Below, piece after piece: positions 60,778 to 64,000 of a stretch of DNA of 64,000 bases. Below the pieces are notes generated by a model. That model did not search any database and had not been told where the DNA came from. It saw nothing but the letters and a program-made list of their open reading frames with translations. This stretch comes from Candidatus Omnitrophota bacterium (lineage in GTDB: Bacteria > Omnitrophota > Gorgyraeia > Gygaellales > Profunditerraquicolaceae), in NCBI GenBank assembly GCA_049275655.1, contig JBASUY010000030.1, forward strand, positions 78,446-142,445, read 5' to 3'. The position numbers were made by a program, and so were the translations under genes. Position 1 is the first letter of the stretch, and each line of letters begins with the position of its first letter.

Positions 60778-61754
60778 AAATTTAATCCCTTAAAGGCCTC
60801 TCCTATTGTTTTAGCCGCCTCTTCCTTAGCGCGCTCATTACCTCTTTCTATAACCTTTCTTACATAGCCTTTATCCTTATAAAGCTCTTCCCTCTTTTTT
60901 TTGATAGGAGAAAGAAAAGATACAATCTTTTCAGAGAGTATCTTCTTACATTCAGTACAACCCTTCTTTGCCCCCACGCACCAATCATACGCCTCATCTT
61001 TTATCTCAGGGGCAAAAGCAGTGTAATAGGAAAAAACATTGCATACCTGCGGGCGCCCCGAATCGCTAAGCTTAATCCTTTTAGGGTCGGTAAACATGGA
61101 CAAGACTTTTTTCGTTATGAAAACAGGTGAATCGGCAAGGTTTATGGTATTATTATAACTCTTACTCATCTTACGTCCGTCTAACCCTAATAATTTAGGG
61201 ACCTTGGTTAATATCGCCTCCGGGTAAGGGAGCAACTCTTTTTTGCATAACTTATTAAAAAGCCTTGATAACTGCCTTGTAAGCTCTAAATGCGGAAGCT
61301 GATCTTTTCCAACGGGGACCTTCTCTGCCTTATAAAGCAGAATATCCGCAGCCTGCAAGACAGGATACCCTAAAAATCCATAGGTATTAAGATTGCGCGA
61401 TTTTACCTCTCTTAATTGTTCCTTGTAAGTAGGGCAACGCTCAAGCAAGCCAAGCGGGGTTAAACAGGATAGTATCATATACAAAGTTAAGTGCTCCGAA
61501 ACCTTGGATTGAATAAATATAACTGATTCTTGCGGGTCAATACCTGCACTTATCCAATCTATAACATTATCTATAATATTCTCCGGCAAATCTTTGGTAT
61601 CTGCGTATTCGCTCATTAAGGCATGCCAATCAGCAACCATAAAAAAACACCGGTATTCCTTTTGCAATTTAACCCAATTATTTAGCGCTCCTACAAGATG
61701 CCCTAAGTGTAGCCTGCCGGTAGGGCGCATTCCGCTAAGAAGGGCCTTCTTCAT
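60774..61754 (-). CDS. trpS: tryptophan--tRNA ligase
   Basis: Class I HIGH-like GRLHLGH and KMSKS motifs, 326 aa. Confidence 0.9.
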   Translation of the reverse strand: MKKALLSGMRPTGRLHLGHLVGALNNWVKLQKEYRCFFMVADWHALMSEYADTKDLPENIIDNVIDWISAGIDPQESVIFIQSKVSEHLTLYMILSCLTPLGLLERCPTYKEQLREVKSRNLNTYGFLGYPVLQAADILLYKAEKVPVGKDQLPHLELTRQLSRLFNKLCKKELLPYPEAILTKVPKLLGLDGRKMSKSYNNTINLADSPVFITKKVLSMFTDPKRIKLSDSGRPQVCNVFSYYTAFAPEIKDEAYDWCVGAKKGCTECKKILSEKIVSFLSPIKKKREELYKDKGYVRKVIERGNERAKEEAAKTIGEAFKGLNL

Positions 61755-63829
61755 ATCTTTCTGGCGATCCTCTCTACTATGTATGACTCAATAATATCAC
61801 CTTCCATTAGTTGGTCAAATCCTGCTAAGCTTATACCGCATTCAAATCCTTCTAAAACTTCGCGCACATCATCTTTAAACCTTTTTAAGGAAGAGAGTTT
61901 ACCTGTAAAGACCTCTTGCCCGTTCCTTGTCAAGATAACTAAACAAGTACGGTTAAACTTGCCTTTAACTACAAAACACCCGGCTACAGTCCCTGACTTA
62001 GAGAGCTTAAAGACCTTCCTTACCTCTGCTTTACCTAAGAAAACTTTTTTTATCTTAGGCTCAAGCATCCCCTCTAAAGCAGCTTTTATGTCGGCTGCCA
62101 ATTCATAAATAATATTATAGGTCTTTACATCCACCCCTTCCTTAGCAATAAGCTCTTTTGCTAAATCATCTATCTCTATATTAAACCCTAGTATTAAAGC
62201 ATCCGAGGCCGCCGCCAAGACAACATCCGAACTATTAATGTTTCCTACAGCTGAATGTATAAACTCTATTCTAATCTCTGTAACATTAAGCTTATCTAAA
62301 GTCTCCTTTATCGCCTCAAGTGAGCCTTGCATATCTGCCTTCAAGATAAGCCTTAATTCCTTTATCTTACCTTCGCTAATCTGATTATGCAAATCCTCAA
62401 GGCTTACTCTTTTTACCGGCTTAACCTGCTCTTCTCTATCCTTTTGAACCCTTAATTCAACTAACTCTTTGGCTTCTTTTTCGTCGGCAATGGTAAAAAA
62501 TTGCTCTCCTGCTAAAGGGACGCCGGAGATTCCTAAGACCTCAACCGGCTCCGAAGGGGCTGCGCTCGTTACTGCCTGCGCACGGTCATTAAACATTGCC
62601 CTTATCTTGCCGTAAAAGTTGCCTACAATTATATTCTCATTTAAGCGTAAGGTTCCATTTTGCACAAGAAGCGTTGCAACCGGGCCCCTACCCTTAGACA
62701 TCTCTGCTTCTATAACAACCCCGCGGGCTAAGCGATTAGGATTTGCCTTTAACTCTAACATCTGCGACTCTAAAATAATCATCTCTAAGAGATCGTCGAT
62801 ACCTTCTCTTGTCTTAGCTGAAACAGGGACTACAATAGTCCTGCCCCCCCAATCCTCGGCAGTTAAGTCAAGCTTAGCTAATTGTTTCTTAACCCGGTCA
62901 ATATCAACTCCTTGCTTGTCAATTTTATTTATCGCCACTATTATTGATACTCCTGCTGCTTTAGCATGGTCAATAGCCTCCTCGGTTTGGGGCATAACAC
63001 CATCATCCGCAGCTACTACTAAAACTACAATATCGGTAATCTTTGCCCCGCGTAAACGCATAGCAGTAAAGGCCTCATGCCCGGGAGTATCTAAAAAAGT
63101 TATCTCTCCGTTTGGTAATCTAACCCGGTAAGCTCCGATATGTTGGGTAATCCCTCCGTATTCGTTTTCAGCAACCTTAGTCTTTCTTATCGCATCCAAT
63201 AAAGAAGTCTTGCCATGATCAACATGCCCCATAAAGGTTACTACCGGAGAGCGCGCCTTAAGGTCCTTAGCAGAATCAGATAAGTTATGCGCGCTTAAAG
63301 CTAATTCTTCCCCTTTTAAGGCTTTCTTAACCTTAAAATTATATTTTTGGCAGACACTAATTACAGTCTCTTCATCTAAAGACTGGTTTATCCCTGCCAT
63401 TATCTTCATCCCCATAAGCAGTTTAATAATAGCCGAGGGCTTTTCTTGCAGTTTTATTGAAAGATCCTTTAATGTAATAGGAAACTCCAATTCTAATTCT
63501 CTTAACTCCACGACAACCGGAGTAGCAACACTAACATCAACCTTTACTTGAGGCTGAATATCCTCTTGAATCTTGACATTATCCTCAACCTTGCCTTTAA
63601 TAGTGCTCTTAGGCTTAATTTCTGGTATAGGCTTCTGCTTAGGTTTTACTACCCTCTTGGTTAAAATAGGGGGTACCTTAGCTGTTTTTTTTGGTTTAGG
63701 AGCAACTATCTTTTTTGTGCCCTTTACAGGAGGCTTAGTCTTTTTAACTTCCTTTTTAACTACCGCCTTTTTAGGCTTCAGAGAAGCCTTCTTCTTTACC
63801 TCTTTTTTTACCTTAACAATCTTTGCCAT
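61751..63829 (-). CDS. infB: translation initiation factor IF-2
   Basis: Lys/Pro-rich N-terminus and a GTPase domain (GHVDHGKTSLLD, DTPGHEAF, NKID), 692 aa. Confidence 0.93.
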   Translation of the reverse strand: MAKIVKVKKEVKKKASLKPKKAVVKKEVKKTKPPVKGTKKIVAPKPKKTAKVPPILTKRVVKPKQKPIPEIKPKSTIKGKVEDNVKIQEDIQPQVKVDVSVATPVVVELRELELEFPITLKDLSIKLQEKPSAIIKLLMGMKIMAGINQSLDEETVISVCQKYNFKVKKALKGEELALSAHNLSDSAKDLKARSPVVTFMGHVDHGKTSLLDAIRKTKVAENEYGGITQHIGAYRVRLPNGEITFLDTPGHEAFTAMRLRGAKITDIVVLVVAADDGVMPQTEEAIDHAKAAGVSIIVAINKIDKQGVDIDRVKKQLAKLDLTAEDWGGRTIVVPVSAKTREGIDDLLEMIILESQMLELKANPNRLARGVVIEAEMSKGRGPVATLLVQNGTLRLNENIIVGNFYGKIRAMFNDRAQAVTSAAPSEPVEVLGISGVPLAGEQFFTIADEKEAKELVELRVQKDREEQVKPVKRVSLEDLHNQISEGKIKELRLILKADMQGSLEAIKETLDKLNVTEIRIEFIHSAVGNINSSDVVLAAASDALILGFNIEIDDLAKELIAKEGVDVKTYNIIYELAADIKAALEGMLEPKIKKVFLGKAEVRKVFKLSKSGTVAGCFVVKGKFNRTCLVILTRNGQEVFTGKLSSLKRFKDDVREVLEGFECGISLAGFDQLMEGDIIESYIVERIARKI

Positions 63830-63834
63830 AATTT

Positions 63835-64000
63835 TTAACCTTCTCCCTTATTAAATAATTGTTTTAATCTTTTTGCTTCAGAGATAAGCTTTTCCGCTTT
63901 TTTATCCTTAATCCCTTTGATTTGAGTTAAACCCTCAACACCTAAATTTATAAGGCTCTCTAAAGAATTGACTCCGGCTTCTTTTAAGTTAGATAAGGTT
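63835..64000 (-). CDS. nusA: transcription termination/antitermination factor NusA, C-terminal end (partial; gene start beyond window)
   Basis: Reverse translation ends ...LSNLKEAGVNSLESLINLGVEGLTQIKGIKDKKAEKLISEAKRLKQLFNKGEG-stop, a helix-hairpin-helix tail typical of the NusA C-terminus. Conserved nusA-infB order. Confidence 0.6.
   Translation of the reverse strand, partial: TLSNLKEAGVNSLESLINLGVEGLTQIKGIKDKKAEKLISEAKRLKQLFNKGEG

Noticed and set aside
61751-63829. Lys/Pro-rich low-complexity repeat at the 5' end of the infB ORF (about 63600-63829)
   Set aside because: This is the normal variable, basic N-terminal region of IF-2, not a repeat element or separate feature.

Overview
This is a 64-kb bacterial chromosomal segment with moderate-to-low GC content. 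Every confidently called gene lies on the minus strand, 79 of them, tightly packed and often overlapping by 4-40 nt. Read in the direction of transcription (high to low coordinate), the order is: a partial nusA, infB, trpS, scpA, ruvB, queH, a secreted GHL10-like hydrolase, queA, tgt, trmD, rplS, rnhB and yraN. Next comes a C1/folate cluster of fchA, folD, metF, a truncated FAD oxidoreductase and an acetyl-CoA synthase beta (AcsB/CdhC) homolog that appears to lack the Ni-binding Cys-Gly-Cys of the A-cluster. Then follow a TPR secreted protein, polA, glgA, coaE, rho, rpmE, prfA, prmC, murA, trpDCFBA, an M16 peptidase, a CorC/HlyC-like protein, a YjeF_N epimerase, a YkgJ-type Cys-rich protein plus a small hypothetical, pgi, dusB, recG, rsmD, coaD, yceD, rpmF, plsX, fabHDG, acpP and fabF. 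fabF overlaps leuC, which leads into leuCDB, asd, truA and rplM-rpsI. The window ends with a fused arginine and lysine/diaminopimelate operon (argCJBDFGH, lysA, dapF, dapA, dapB, dapL partial). No rRNA, tRNA, CRISPR array or mobile element is visible. The two most notable items are the AcsB-like protein with a degenerate Ni site, which sits with metF/folD/fchA but without CODH or corrinoid-protein genes, and a small palindromic repeat (GCAACAGGGRCTGYCCC TAGAATTT AGGAG) placed directly on the ribosome-binding sites of dapL, dapB and fabG. Several Rho-independent terminators, sigma70-like promoters (two giving near-leaderless mRNAs) and a perfect 16-bp hairpin between leuC and leuD were also noted. 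All plus-strand ORFs in the track look like antisense shadow ORFs.
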